NCBI GenBank assembly: GCA_040218735.1
Contig: JAVJQW010000062.1
Location: 341,838 to 405,837 of the forward strand
DNA from: Deltaproteobacteria bacterium
GTDB lineage: Bacteria; Myxococcota; Kuafuiibacteriia; Kuafuiibacteriales; Kuafuiibacteriaceae
Direction: 5' to 3'
Length of the DNA: 64,000 nt
The notes beneath the pieces were generated by a model. That model ran no database searches. It worked only from the letters and a program-made list of their open reading frames with translations, and was not told the DNA's origin. Position 1 is the first letter of the stretch, and every line of letters begins with the position of its first letter. Below, piece by piece: positions 39,850 to 50,000 of this stretch. A program made the translations under genes and the position numbers.

Positions 39850-40266
39850 TTACAGGTCCTCGGGGGTGAAGGCGTCCGGGAGGAGCGCGTCGATGGTGGT
39901 CAGGACGGGGACGTCGTCGTCGGTCGCGAGCGCCACGACGAGGTGCGGCGCAAACTCGGACAGCGCCTGCCGACAGTTGCCGCAGGGGGCCCCCGGGCGA
40001 CCGCCCGGTTTCTTGGGGGCGGTGACCACGGCGATCGAATCGAACTCCCGGGCGCCGGCCGCCACGGCGGTGGTCAGGGCGTTGACCTCGGCGCAGACGC
40101 CGGTCGGGAAGGCGCTGTTCTCGACGTTGACCCCCGTGAACACCCGCCCGTCCTTCGCGCGGATCGCCGCGCCGACCCGGTAGTCCGAGTACGGGGCGTA
40201 GGCGCGGGGGCGGATCGAGCGGGCCGCGTCCACGAGAGCCAGGAGCGCCGCGTCCAACGTCGCCAT
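39850..40266 (-). CDS. cdd: Cytidine deaminase
   Basis: AYAPYSDYRVGAA, GVNVEN, CAE, PCGNCRQ. Confidence 0.95.
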   Translation of the reverse strand: MATLDAALLALVDAARSIRPRAYAPYSDYRVGAAIRAKDGRVFTGVNVENSAFPTGVCAEVNALTTAVAAGAREFDSIAVVTAPKKPGGRPGAPCGNCRQALSEFAPHLVVALATDDDVPVLTTIDALLPDAFTPEDL

Positions 40267-40316
40267 GCGCGCGGTACATCACCACAATTCGGGCGATCCG
40301 TAAAACGAAGCGACGC

Positions 40317-42803
40317 TTGATCGCGGCCGCCCGGCCCCCTATGCGAGGAGCCCACGTGCTGAAGGCCCTGACCAACTTCCTGATCGCGCGCCACCGGATG
40401 GCGCTGATCGTCGCGTTGGTCAGCTCGGCGCCGATGCTCTACTGGTCCACGCTCCTGTTCGCCGACGTCCGGGCCGACCTCAAGGAGCTGCTCCCCAAGA
40501 GCGCGCCGAGTGTCCTGACGCTGCGGGAGCTGGAGCGCCGGTTCGGCGGGTTCTCGCAGCTGTCGATCGTCGTGACCTCGCCGGACGCGGAGGCGAACCG
40601 GCGCTTCTCGGACGACCTTGTCGCGAAGCTCGAGCAAGCACCGCAGATCCGATCCATCCGCAACAAACTCGGCGAGGAGAAGAAGTTCTTCGAGCCGCGC
40701 CGGCACCTCTACGTCGACCTCGAAGACCTGGAGGAGATCGAGGAGCGCATCGAGGACGCGATCCACGACGCGAAGGTCGCCGCGAACCCGTTGCTCGTCG
40801 ACCTGTCCGACATGTCCACGAAGGTCACCCTCGACTTCTCGGACATCGAAAAGAAGTACGAGGGCGAGCTGAGCCTCGCGAAGCGCTTCCCGAACGACTA
40901 CTTCGAGTCGAAGGACAAGACCGAGCTCGCGGTGATCCTCCGGCAGCGCGGGCTGGCGTTCGGGCTGGAGCGCAACCAGGCGCTCGTCGCGCTGGTGGAG
41001 GGCACGGTCGCGGAGCTGAATCCGGCGTCGTACCACCCGGACCTCGTCGTCGGCCTCGGCGGCGACGTGAAGAACCTGATCGAGGAGACGACCTCGCTCG
41101 TGGAGGACCTCGTCCTCGCGTCGGTGGTGGTCGCGATCCTCCTCGCGCTCGTCGTGGTCGGTTACTACCGCCGGCTGCGGTCGATGCTCCTGATCGCGAT
41201 ACCGCTCTACGTCGGGTGTGTGTGGACGTTCGGGCTGTCGCACTTCCTCGTCGGCTACCTCAACGCGTCGACGGCGTTCCTCGGGCCGATCGTGCCCGGC
41301 AACGGCATCAACTTCGGGCTGATCCTGCTCGCGCGTTACATCGAAGAGCGCCGCGCGGGGACGCCGGTGGACCGCGCGATCCACACCGCGGTGGAGTTCA
41401 CCGCGAAGGCCACGATCACCGCGGCGGTCGCGGCGTCTATCGCCTACGGGTCGCTGATGGTGACCGACTTCCTCGGGTTCAAACACTTCGGGGTCATCGG
41501 CGGCATCGGCATGGTGCTGTGCTGGATCGCGACCTTCGTCGTGCTGCCGCCGCTCATCGTCTTCGTGGAGCGGCGCTGGCCCATGGACCCGTCGAAGGAG
41601 CGCTTCAAGCTCTACGAGTCGGGGCGCCTCGCCGCCCTCCCCGCGCGCTGGGTCGGTCGGCACGCGCGCCTCCTCGCGTGGTTCGGGCTCGTGACAGGGC
41701 TGGCGGCGGTCGTCGTCACCGTGCTGTTCCTGAAGGACCCGCTCGAGAAGGACTTCGAGAAGCTCCGGAACACCGGCGCGCACGAAAAGGGCGCGGCGTA
41801 CTGGGAGAAGAAGGTCGACAAGATCTTCGGGCGGTACCTCGCGCCGCAGGTGATCATCGCCGAGAAGAAGTCCGACGTTCCGCAGATCGTCGCGGCGCTC
41901 GAGAAGGTCATCGACGAGCAGGGGGACAACAGCCCGGTATCGGACGTCGACGCGCTCTCGACGCTGGTGCCCAAGAACCAGGAGGACAAGATCGAGGTCC
42001 TCGAGCGCATCCGCGAGCTCTTGAACGACGACCTCATCGCGCAGCTCGACGACGACCAAGCCGAGATCGCCAAACAGCAGCGGCCCCCCGCCGACCTCGA
42101 GCCGTTCGGCGAACAGGACCTCCCGGAGGGGATCCGCGCCGACTTCCGCGAGCTCGACGGCCGCGAGGGGCTCGTCGTGCTCGTGCTCCCGAACCTGAAG
42201 CTGAACCTCTACCACGCCGACGAGATCCGCCGCGTCGCCGAGGTGCTCCGCGACATCCCGCTCTCGGACGGGCGGCGCGTGGAGTCGTCGGGTTCGTTCG
42301 TGATCTACACGGACATGGTGGAAGCCGTCTCCATCGACGGACCGCGCGCGACCATCTACTCGTTCCTCGGTGTCCTGATCCTGTGCGCGTTGGTGTTCGT
42401 GCGACCGCGGCGGGTGTTCTTCGTCGTGACGCCGCTGCTGCTCGGCGTCGCGTGGTTGTTCGCGCTGCTCGCGATCTACGACCTCAAGATCAACTTCCTG
42501 AACTTCATCGCGCTGCCGATCACCTTCGGCATCGGCGTCGACTACGCAGTGAACATCTTCTCGCGCCACCTGATCGAGAAGGAGTCCGCCCCGCCCCCGA
42601 AGGCGATCGAACGCGCCGTCGCCTCCACCGGCGGCGCGGTGGTGCTGTGCTCGCTGACGACGATCATCGGCTACGGCTCGCTCCTCCTCGCGAGGAACGG
42701 CGCGCTGATCTCGTTCGGGAAGGTCGCGATCCTCGGCGAGCTGACGTGCCTGGTCGCGGCGATCATCGTGATGCCCGCGTGGATCGCGCGCTGGGATCGC
42801 TGA
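40317..42803 (+). CDS. MMPL/RND lipid transporter (HpnN-like)
   Basis: Two TM bundles with 'GNGINFG' and 'GIGVDYA', 'LTTIIGYGSL'. Confidence 0.85.
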   Translation: MIAAARPPMRGAHVLKALTNFLIARHRMALIVALVSSAPMLYWSTLLFADVRADLKELLPKSAPSVLTLRELERRFGGFSQLSIVVTSPDAEANRRFSDDLVAKLEQAPQIRSIRNKLGEEKKFFEPRRHLYVDLEDLEEIEERIEDAIHDAKVAANPLLVDLSDMSTKVTLDFSDIEKKYEGELSLAKRFPNDYFESKDKTELAVILRQRGLAFGLERNQALVALVEGTVAELNPASYHPDLVVGLGGDVKNLIEETTSLVEDLVLASVVVAILLALVVVGYYRRLRSMLLIAIPLYVGCVWTFGLSHFLVGYLNASTAFLGPIVPGNGINFGLILLARYIEERRAGTPVDRAIHTAVEFTAKATITAAVAASIAYGSLMVTDFLGFKHFGVIGGIGMVLCWIATFVVLPPLIVFVERRWPMDPSKERFKLYESGRLAALPARWVGRHARLLAWFGLVTGLAAVVVTVLFLKDPLEKDFEKLRNTGAHEKGAAYWEKKVDKIFGRYLAPQVIIAEKKSDVPQIVAALEKVIDEQGDNSPVSDVDALSTLVPKNQEDKIEVLERIRELLNDDLIAQLDDDQAEIAKQQRPPADLEPFGEQDLPEGIRADFRELDGREGLVVLVLPNLKLNLYHADEIRRVAEVLRDIPLSDGRRVESSGSFVIYTDMVEAVSIDGPRATIYSFLGVLILCALVFVRPRRVFFVVTPLLLGVAWLFALLAIYDLKINFLNFIALPITFGIGVDYAVNIFSRHLIEKESAPPPKAIERAVASTGGAVVLCSLTTIIGYGSLLLARNGALISFGKVAILGELTCLVAAIIVMPAWIARWDR

Positions 42804-42814
42804 CCCGAGGCACG

Positions 42815-44398
42815 TCAGAACAGGTGGCGCCGCATGCTCACGGAGAGCAGCAGCCCGATCGCGATCATCGTCGTCAGCACGAACGAGCCGCCGTTGCTCC
42901 ACAGCGGGAGCGGCACGCCGACGACCGGCGCGAGGCGCAAGACCATCAGCATGTTCACGACGGTGTGCCAGAACAGCATCGCCGTCGCGCCGACGGCGAG
43001 GAGCGCACCGAAGCGATCGCGCGCGCGCACCGCGATGCGCAGCGCCAGCACGATCAGCGCCGCGAAGAGCCCGACGAGCAACATACACCCGAGGAAGCCG
43101 TGCTCCTCGGCCCACACCGAGAAGATGAAGTCGGTCTGCTGCTCCGGGAGGAAGGAGAGCTGCGTCTGCGTGCCCTGGCCGTGGCCCTTCCCCATCACCT
43201 CGCCGCTGCCGATCGCGATGAGGCTCTGGTGTTGGTGGTAGCCGGCGCCCGCGAGGTCACTCGTCGGGTTGAGGAACGTCAGCACCCGCTCCTTCTGGTA
43301 CGGCTTGAGCACCACGAGCCACGCGGCGGCGCCGCTGATGAGGCCCCCCGAAAACAGCAGGACGAGCGACGAGGGTCGCAAACCCACGTAGAGGATCATC
43401 GTGAACGCGATGAGGAGCACGACGAGCGTGGTCCCCAGATCCGGCTGCACGAGGATAAGCGCGCAGGGGATCGCGACGACGTCGATCGGCGCGATCAGCG
43501 CTTCGAACGAGAGATCGCGCCGCCGGTACAGCGTCACGAACGCCGCCATCAACCAGAGGAAGCCGACGATCGCGACCCACGGCAGGAGCGGTCGGATGCG
43601 CTCCATCGATGCGCGGTAGGTGAGCTCCGCGCGCTGGTTGGTTCCGAAGCGCACCACGTCGCCGTCGTGCAGCACCGCACGCTCCGCGATGCGCTCGCCG
43701 TTGAGGTACACACCGGACTGCTTCGTGAGGTCGACGATGACCCGCTCGCCCTCCTCGTTCACCTCGATGCGCGCGTGGTTTCGGGCGACGCCGGAGTGTT
43801 GGAGCTTCACGTCGACGTCGCCGACGCGGCCGATCGTTTGCACCGCGTCGCCGCGCAGGCGCAGCACCGTGCGCGGGCGGTTCCGGAACTGCTTCGTCAG
43901 CTTCGGTGGCTTCACGGTCTCGCCGAAGATCGACAGCACGATCACCGCGACGATCACCAACACCGGCCGCGACACGTTGAGCGGCCGGAAGATCTCCTGC
44001 AGCGTGAGACCGCCCTCCCACTGCGACATGTGGAACGTCTTCGCGACGATGATGATCACCGCGATCTTCGCCAGGTCCGACGTCTGGAGGTTGAGGGGCC
44101 CCAACACCAACCACCGGCGAGAGCCGTTCACCACCTTCCCGAACATGCTCGTCGCGACCAGCAGCGCCACGACGAACAGGAAGATGGGGACCGCGAGCCC
44201 CTCGATGTTGCGGTAGTGCACCGACGCGATCGCCGCGACGATCACCGCGCCGAGGAACATCGCCATGCCCTGCTTCACGTGGAGGTCGGCGCCGAGCGGC
44301 TGGCTCGCGGACGCGAGGTTGTAGAGTCCCAGCGTGGCGATCGCGATGACGACCAACAGCAGCGGCCGGTCGATCTGCTTCAGTGCGCCGCGTGCCAC
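42815..44398 (-). CDS. rodA: Rod shape-determining SEDS glycosyltransferase RodA with an inserted TM-FHA-TM module
   Basis: GSRRW, QPDLGT, YQKERV, GYHQHQSLIAIGSG, FLPEQQTDFIF; downstream of mrdA; start taken at GTG 44398 (527 aa). Confidence 0.93.
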   Translation of the reverse strand: MARGALKQIDRPLLLVVIAIATLGLYNLASASQPLGADLHVKQGMAMFLGAVIVAAIASVHYRNIEGLAVPIFLFVVALLVATSMFGKVVNGSRRWLVLGPLNLQTSDLAKIAVIIIVAKTFHMSQWEGGLTLQEIFRPLNVSRPVLVIVAVIVLSIFGETVKPPKLTKQFRNRPRTVLRLRGDAVQTIGRVGDVDVKLQHSGVARNHARIEVNEEGERVIVDLTKQSGVYLNGERIAERAVLHDGDVVRFGTNQRAELTYRASMERIRPLLPWVAIVGFLWLMAAFVTLYRRRDLSFEALIAPIDVVAIPCALILVQPDLGTTLVVLLIAFTMILYVGLRPSSLVLLFSGGLISGAAAWLVVLKPYQKERVLTFLNPTSDLAGAGYHQHQSLIAIGSGEVMGKGHGQGTQTQLSFLPEQQTDFIFSVWAEEHGFLGCMLLVGLFAALIVLALRIAVRARDRFGALLAVGATAMLFWHTVVNMLMVLRLAPVVGVPLPLWSNGGSFVLTTMIAIGLLLSVSMRRHLF

Positions 44399-46590
44399 GG
44401 GTGCTCCGGATCGATCGTCGCCACGCGCACCGCGGACGGCGGCAACGACGCGCGCTGCTGGTTCATGTCGTGCCACGCCTGGATGACACGCATCGCGATG
44501 GGCGCCGCCGCGGACGAGCCACCACCGCCGTGCTCGACGAGCACCACGACGACGACCTCGGGATCGTCGGACGGCGCGAAGGCGCCAAACCAGGCGTGGT
44601 CGCGCACCTTCCAGGGGAGCTTCGAGGCACGCACGCGCACCTTGCCGAGCTTCGCGACCTGCGCGGTGCCCGTCTTCCCCGAGACCTGCACGTCCTTCAG
44701 GCGCTTGCGGTACGCCGTCCCGAACGGCTCGTTCACGACCTGCCGCAGCCCCTCGCGTACCCCGGCGAGCGCCCCCGGCGGGAGGTCGAGCTGGCGTAGG
44801 GCTTCGGGCGGGATCGGTCGGACTGCCTTGCCGTCGTACGACTCGATGCGCAAGGCGACTTGCGGGCGATAGACCGTGCCGCCGTTGGCGATCGCCGCGT
44901 ACGACACCGCGAGCTGCAGCGGCGTCACGCTCACGGCGCCCTGCCCGATCGACGCGTTCACGGCGGCGCCGAGGGTGTACCCCTCCGGCAGGTGTTTTCG
45001 GTACCAGTTCGAGTCCGGCATGATGCCGCGCGACTCCGCGGCGAGCTGCACGCCGGTCATCTCGCCGAACGAGAGCGCGCGCCCCATCTCGGCGATCGGG
45101 TCGAGCCCGAGGCGCGCGCCGAGGGTGTAGTAGTAGACGTCGCAGGATCGGGCGAACGACTTGTGCAAGTCGATCATCCCGTGGCCGCTCTCCTTCCAAC
45201 AGCGGAAGCGCGTGCGCCCGAGGCGGTACGCGCCGGGGCAGCGGATCTGCTCGCGCTCGTTGGTGACCCCCGCCTTCAACGCGGCGAGCGCGGTGACCAC
45301 CTTGAACGTCGAGCCGGGCGCGAAGTAGTCCTGGATCGCGCGGAAGCGCCACGGCCGCAGCTCGCGCATCTCGTCGAGGCGTCGCTTCTCCTTCGGGTCG
45401 AAGTAGCCGGCGAGCAGGTTCGGATCGAAGGACGGCGTCGAAGTCATCGCGAGGATGCGCCCGGTCTGGGCTTCGAGCGCGACGATCGCCCCCGCGCGCC
45501 CGCTGAAGGCGTCCTCGGCCGCCTGCTGGAGCCCGAGGTCCATCGTGAGGACGACGCGGTTCCCCGGCGTGGGCTCGACGTGCACGCCGACCTCCTCGTC
45601 GAGGCGCCGCGCGAACTTCGACTGCTGCGCGCGGCCCTTCGAATCGACGACGATCGTCTCGCGGCCGTCAGTACCGCGCAGCTCCTCCTCGAACGTGTTC
45701 TCGATGCCGCGCCGACCGATCGAGTCGCCGAGTCGGTAGCCCTGGTCGCGCCGCTCTTCGAGCTCCGTGGGTGACAGCTCGTTCACGTATCCGAGCACGT
45801 GCGCCGCGAGCTCGCCGTGTTCGTAGTGGCGCGCCTTCGCGCTCTCGACCGTGACCCCGGGCAGCTCGCCGAGCTGGACGAGCAACCCGATCTGACCCTC
45901 GACGCCGAGGGAGACATCGCGACGGACGAGGATGCCGCGGTACTTGTCGAGCCCGCGCGTGCGGCGGATGCGGCGCTCGAGCGCCTTCATCGCGTCCTCG
46001 TCGAGGTTCATCGCGTCGCGGAGGCGGCGCATCACGAGGCCGCGGCTCGGGAAGTGGTCGGGGTCGATGTACACCGCGAACTCCGGGGGATCGCGGGGGA
46101 CCTCGATGATCGGGATCGCGTCGAGGTCGAGCTCGAGCGACTCCGCGACGCGACGCACGCGACGCGCGCGCCGACGCGACAAGCCCTTCGCGACGAGGAT
46201 CGCGGGCCCGTCCTCCTTCACGGCCTTCGACAACGCGACGGAGATGACTTCGCCTTCTTCGCGCGACAGGCCCGAGACGGAGGCGAGGCGCAGGACGTTC
46301 TTCTTTGCGTCGGGGAAGAAGGCCGGTGTGACGTAGACGTTGACCGAGGGGCGGTTCGTGACGAGCACACGCCCGTGGCGATCGACGATCTCCCCGCGCT
46401 CGTGTTCGAGGCGGCGCGTCTGGAAGAAGTTGCTCTTGGACTTGTCGAGGAAGGCGTCGCCCTCCTGGATCTGGAGCATGTAGAGGCGGATCGCGATCAC
46501 CGAGAACGCGCCGAGCGCGATCGCGCCCATCACGATCGCGCGACGTATCGCGACCGAGGGGTCGCGCTCCGCGGTGCCCGGCGCGCTCAC
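44380..46590 (-). CDS. mrdA: Penicillin-binding protein 2
   Basis: RGEIVDRHG, AHVLGYV, PGSTFK (SxxK), SCD, KTGTAQ, DHAWF. Confidence 0.95.
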   Translation of the reverse strand: MSAPGTAERDPSVAIRRAIVMGAIALGAFSVIAIRLYMLQIQEGDAFLDKSKSNFFQTRRLEHERGEIVDRHGRVLVTNRPSVNVYVTPAFFPDAKKNVLRLASVSGLSREEGEVISVALSKAVKEDGPAILVAKGLSRRRARRVRRVAESLELDLDAIPIIEVPRDPPEFAVYIDPDHFPSRGLVMRRLRDAMNLDEDAMKALERRIRRTRGLDKYRGILVRRDVSLGVEGQIGLLVQLGELPGVTVESAKARHYEHGELAAHVLGYVNELSPTELEERRDQGYRLGDSIGRRGIENTFEEELRGTDGRETIVVDSKGRAQQSKFARRLDEEVGVHVEPTPGNRVVLTMDLGLQQAAEDAFSGRAGAIVALEAQTGRILAMTSTPSFDPNLLAGYFDPKEKRRLDEMRELRPWRFRAIQDYFAPGSTFKVVTALAALKAGVTNEREQIRCPGAYRLGRTRFRCWKESGHGMIDLHKSFARSCDVYYYTLGARLGLDPIAEMGRALSFGEMTGVQLAAESRGIMPDSNWYRKHLPEGYTLGAAVNASIGQGAVSVTPLQLAVSYAAIANGGTVYRPQVALRIESYDGKAVRPIPPEALRQLDLPPGALAGVREGLRQVVNEPFGTAYRKRLKDVQVSGKTGTAQVAKLGKVRVRASKLPWKVRDHAWFGAFAPSDDPEVVVVVLVEHGGGGSSAAAPIAMRVIQAWHDMNQQRASLPPSAVRVATIDPEHPWHAAH

Positions 46591-46604
46591 GCCACCATCC
46601 TAGG

Positions 46605-46982
46605 TCATCGCTGCGAAACGGACAGGACGTTGTGGTCCGGATCCTCGAACCACGCGATCCGCACCCCCGCGCCGGGGACCGTCCACACGCCGGCGTCGTC
46701 CTGGTCCATCCCGTCGTAGCGGAGGAACTCGACGCCGTGCTCCCCGAGCGCAGCCATCGTGGCGTCGAGGTCGGGGACCTGAAAGTCGAGGACCGTCCAC
46801 GGCTGGGGCGTCAGGTCCTGCACCTTGCCGACGCGCAGCTCGCCGTTCGCGAGCGCGAAGACCACCGCGAACGGGGAGTCGTCGGTGCACGAGAGGCCGA
46901 GGACCTCGGTGTAGAAGGCCTTGCAGCGGTCACTGTCCGTGGTGCCGAGGAAGAAGGAGGTCGGCGCGGCGGCGAGGGTCAT
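46605..46982 (-). CDS. VOC/glyoxalase-family protein
   Basis: FYTEVLGL, 'FQVPDLDAT', 'AWFEDPDHNVL'. Confidence 0.88.
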   Translation of the reverse strand: MTLAAAPTSFFLGTTDSDRCKAFYTEVLGLSCTDDSPFAVVFALANGELRVGKVQDLTPQPWTVLDFQVPDLDATMAALGEHGVEFLRYDGMDQDDAGVWTVPGAGVRIAWFEDPDHNVLSVSQR

Positions 46983-47033
46983 GCGGGTGGAATACCACGT
47001 GAGGACGCGATCCGCCCGAGGCGGTCGGGACGA

Positions 47034-50000
47034 CTACCTCACGACGAAGCCGATCGTCGCCGCCCCGAAGTTGCCGATCCGATCGATCTCCTGCAGCGCG
47101 CCGTCCGGCGCGATGTCGAAGCCGATCGTCGTCCCGGCGCCGTCGTACGCCCACGTCGTGTACAGCGCGCGACCGTCGGGGGTGATCTCCATCTCGGTGA
47201 CCTCGGAGCCGATGTCGAACCCCGTGAACCCGTTGCTCGCGTCGCCGTCGGCGTCGATCTCCCGGAGGACCTGGGACGAGTCGAACGCAGTCTCGTACAT
47301 GAAGATCGCCTGCCCGCTCGCGACGTAGAGCCGACGCCCGTCGGGGCTGAGCGCCATGCTCGAGGGGTCGGGCTCCATCTGGAACGCGCCCGAAGTCAGC
47401 GACCGGATCGTCCGCTGCACCTCGTTCACCTCGAGCACGGTGAGATGCCCCCTGGTGAACCCGGCGTGCAGCAGCAGGAAGTGCTGTCCGTCCGGCGTCA
47501 GCACGACGTCCTCGAACCCGCTCAGGTCCACGTTCCCGCGCATCATCGGCTGCGGCTCGAGCTCACCGATCGGGCCGAGGGTCGGGTCGCGGTTGATGGC
47601 GTAGACCGCCCAGTCGCCCACACAGGATCCGGCCACGAACAGGAAGCGCCCGTTGTCCGCGACCTTCACGAAGTCGGCGCCGCAGTTGGTGCCGTTGAGG
47701 TCGCCGATGCGCTGCTCCACGGTCAAGCTCCCGTCCTCCGCGATGGCGAACCGCATGATGTCGCTGAAGCCGGCCGCGTAGAGAATCGGCTCGAAGGGAT
47801 CGATCGCCACCTCCTGGATGATGTTGTTGGTCATCGAGAGCTGGTTCCGAGCGATCGTGTGGGCGTGCGTGCTCGGGTCGACGTTCCAGACGTTCACGCC
47901 GCGCGGACCGGCCGCTCCGTAGCCCCCCGCCGAGAAGCCGAAGAGGCCGTCCTTGGAGTAAACGATGTCCGCGAAGTTGCCGAGGTTGCCGACCAACGGT
48001 GACGCCGCGATCTCCGACAGCCACCGGTCCTCACCCACCGCGAAGGTCCGCAAGCCAACTTGCAACGCGACGACCTGCGGCGCGCAGTCGAAGTTCGGCG
48101 TCGCGTCGTCGGGCGTCAGCGGCATCACTTCGCAGCGATCCTCGAGGCCGTCGTCGTCGGTGTCCGGGTTGTTCGGGTCGGTGCCCGCGTCGCGCTCCTC
48201 GGCGTCGGTCCAGCCGTCGAGATCGCTGTCGACGCGCGTGGGGTTCGAGTAGACGCGGTAGGTCACGGTCGACGCCGTCCCCACGGGTGCGTCGAAGTCT
48301 ATCCTCACGTTCCAACCCGCGCGGAGCTCGACGTAGTCGAACAGCCCGTCGCCGTCGGTGTCGGGCTCGTCGTCCGCGCTGCCGTAGATCAACTCCTCGC
48401 GCGCCATGACGCCGTCGCCGTCCTCGTCGCGGAGGTAGACCAACCGAACCTCGTCCCCCGCCAACAGCCGGATGTCCTCGAACGGGAGGTCCGCGCGCGC
48501 CTGCTCGTCGCGCTGCGTGTAGATGATCCACACCCGCTCCGGGTCGCCGAGGATCCCCGCCGCCGGATCTCCGCGGTCCGCCGCGCGCGCGTTCGCGACG
48601 CCGCCGAGGGACTCCAGCTCATCGACCATCACCGTCGCCCCGTCGACCGCGCGCTCGACGGACTTCGTCGTGAAGTCGACTTCGACGATGTCCCGCAGCA
48701 CGTCACCCATGCGAACCCCGGCGAACGCACCGTCCGGCTCGCGGTTCACGTTGGTCGCGACCTGGTAACGCGACGGCGGCCCGATGCCGTCGTCGATCAC
48801 GAGCGTCGCGGTGCGCGCGAACGTCTCTTCGGTGAGGAAGTCGAAGTCGACGCCGTCGCGGTCACTCAACGCAAACCGCGCCGGGCTGAAGAAGACCGCC
48901 TGCGGCCGCGCGAGGAAGCCCTTCACGACGTCGGTGTTCACCGCGGTGTTCTCGACCTGGATGATCTGCTCCTCGTTCGGCGCGAGCACGACGGGCTCCG
49001 GCACGGCCATCTGGAGCGTCGTCAGCGTGCGGTAACCGCCCGCACCCTGGGCGTCGGGCCGCGGCGAGGCCTGCCACTGAAACATCGTGAGCGAAGGCGG
49101 CGACAGCTCGAACGTCGAGATTCCTACGTTCTTGATCCGCACGCCGACCGAGACCGTGCCGTCGGCCGCCGTCTCCGAGGAGCTCTGCGCGTCGGTGCGG
49201 TAGTTGCTGTAGGCCTCCGTCGCGGACTCGGACGACTCGCGGGTGAGCGTCGTCGACGTGGTGTTCGTCGTCTCGGGCGTCGGCGGCTCACACGCACCGA
49301 GGGTGTCGGCCGCGTCCGAGAACGCGCCGTTCGACAGCCCGTCCAAGAAGCCGACCGCCTCCACCAGCTCCTGGGGCGCGCTGGAGTCGAACGCGGCCTC
49401 GCCGCCCGCCACCTGCTGGCACGCCGCGTCGCGCGCGAGCTCGAGCGCCTTGCCCGCCACGAACTTCAGCGCGCCCTCCTTGCTCAGCTCGAGGTCGTCG
49501 AAGAACCCGTCGCCGCCCTTCGACGCGGCCATCGTGATCGTCGTGCTCTCCATGTCGGAGCGCGACATGCGGCTCGACTGCGTGGTCGAGAACTCCTCGC
49601 CGTACGTCGTCTCCTGCCCGTTGCTCTCCTCGTAGGTCACGTTGAGGAGGACGGCGAGGTCGCCGGCGATCGCAATCTCCGCCTGGGGGATCTCGGCGAT
49701 GCGCGGGTCGCGGACCGTGGAGTCGAGCTCTTCGTAGTCGGTCTTGCCGTCGCCGTCGGTGTCCGCGAGCGTGGGCGACGTGCCGGCGGCGAGCTCGGAC
49801 GCGTCGAAGAGCGCGGCGAGCGGGAGCGTGGTGCCGGACGGGTCACGCGCGTCGCCGTCGCTGTCGACGGAGAGGACGTTCGATCGGTACTGCGTCATCT
49901 CGACGCCGTCGGCGAGCCCGTCGCCGTCGGAGTCCGCGCGGCTGGGGTCGAAGCGGTTCTGAAACTCCTCGAGGTCGCCGAGGCCGTCACCGTCGGTGTC

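Noticed and set aside
41216-44872. Very long alternative-frame and antisense ORFs (1218 aa here; also 40074-43115, 22154-24718, 16117-18567, 9161-11569)
   Set aside because: Arg/Ala/Gly-rich shadows of real genes, expected from stop-codon scarcity at high GC.
42815-45352. 845-aa RodA or an mrdA-rodA fusion
   Set aside because: The upstream part is an off-frame read of mrdA. mrdA stops at 44380, and RodA homology begins near 44398.
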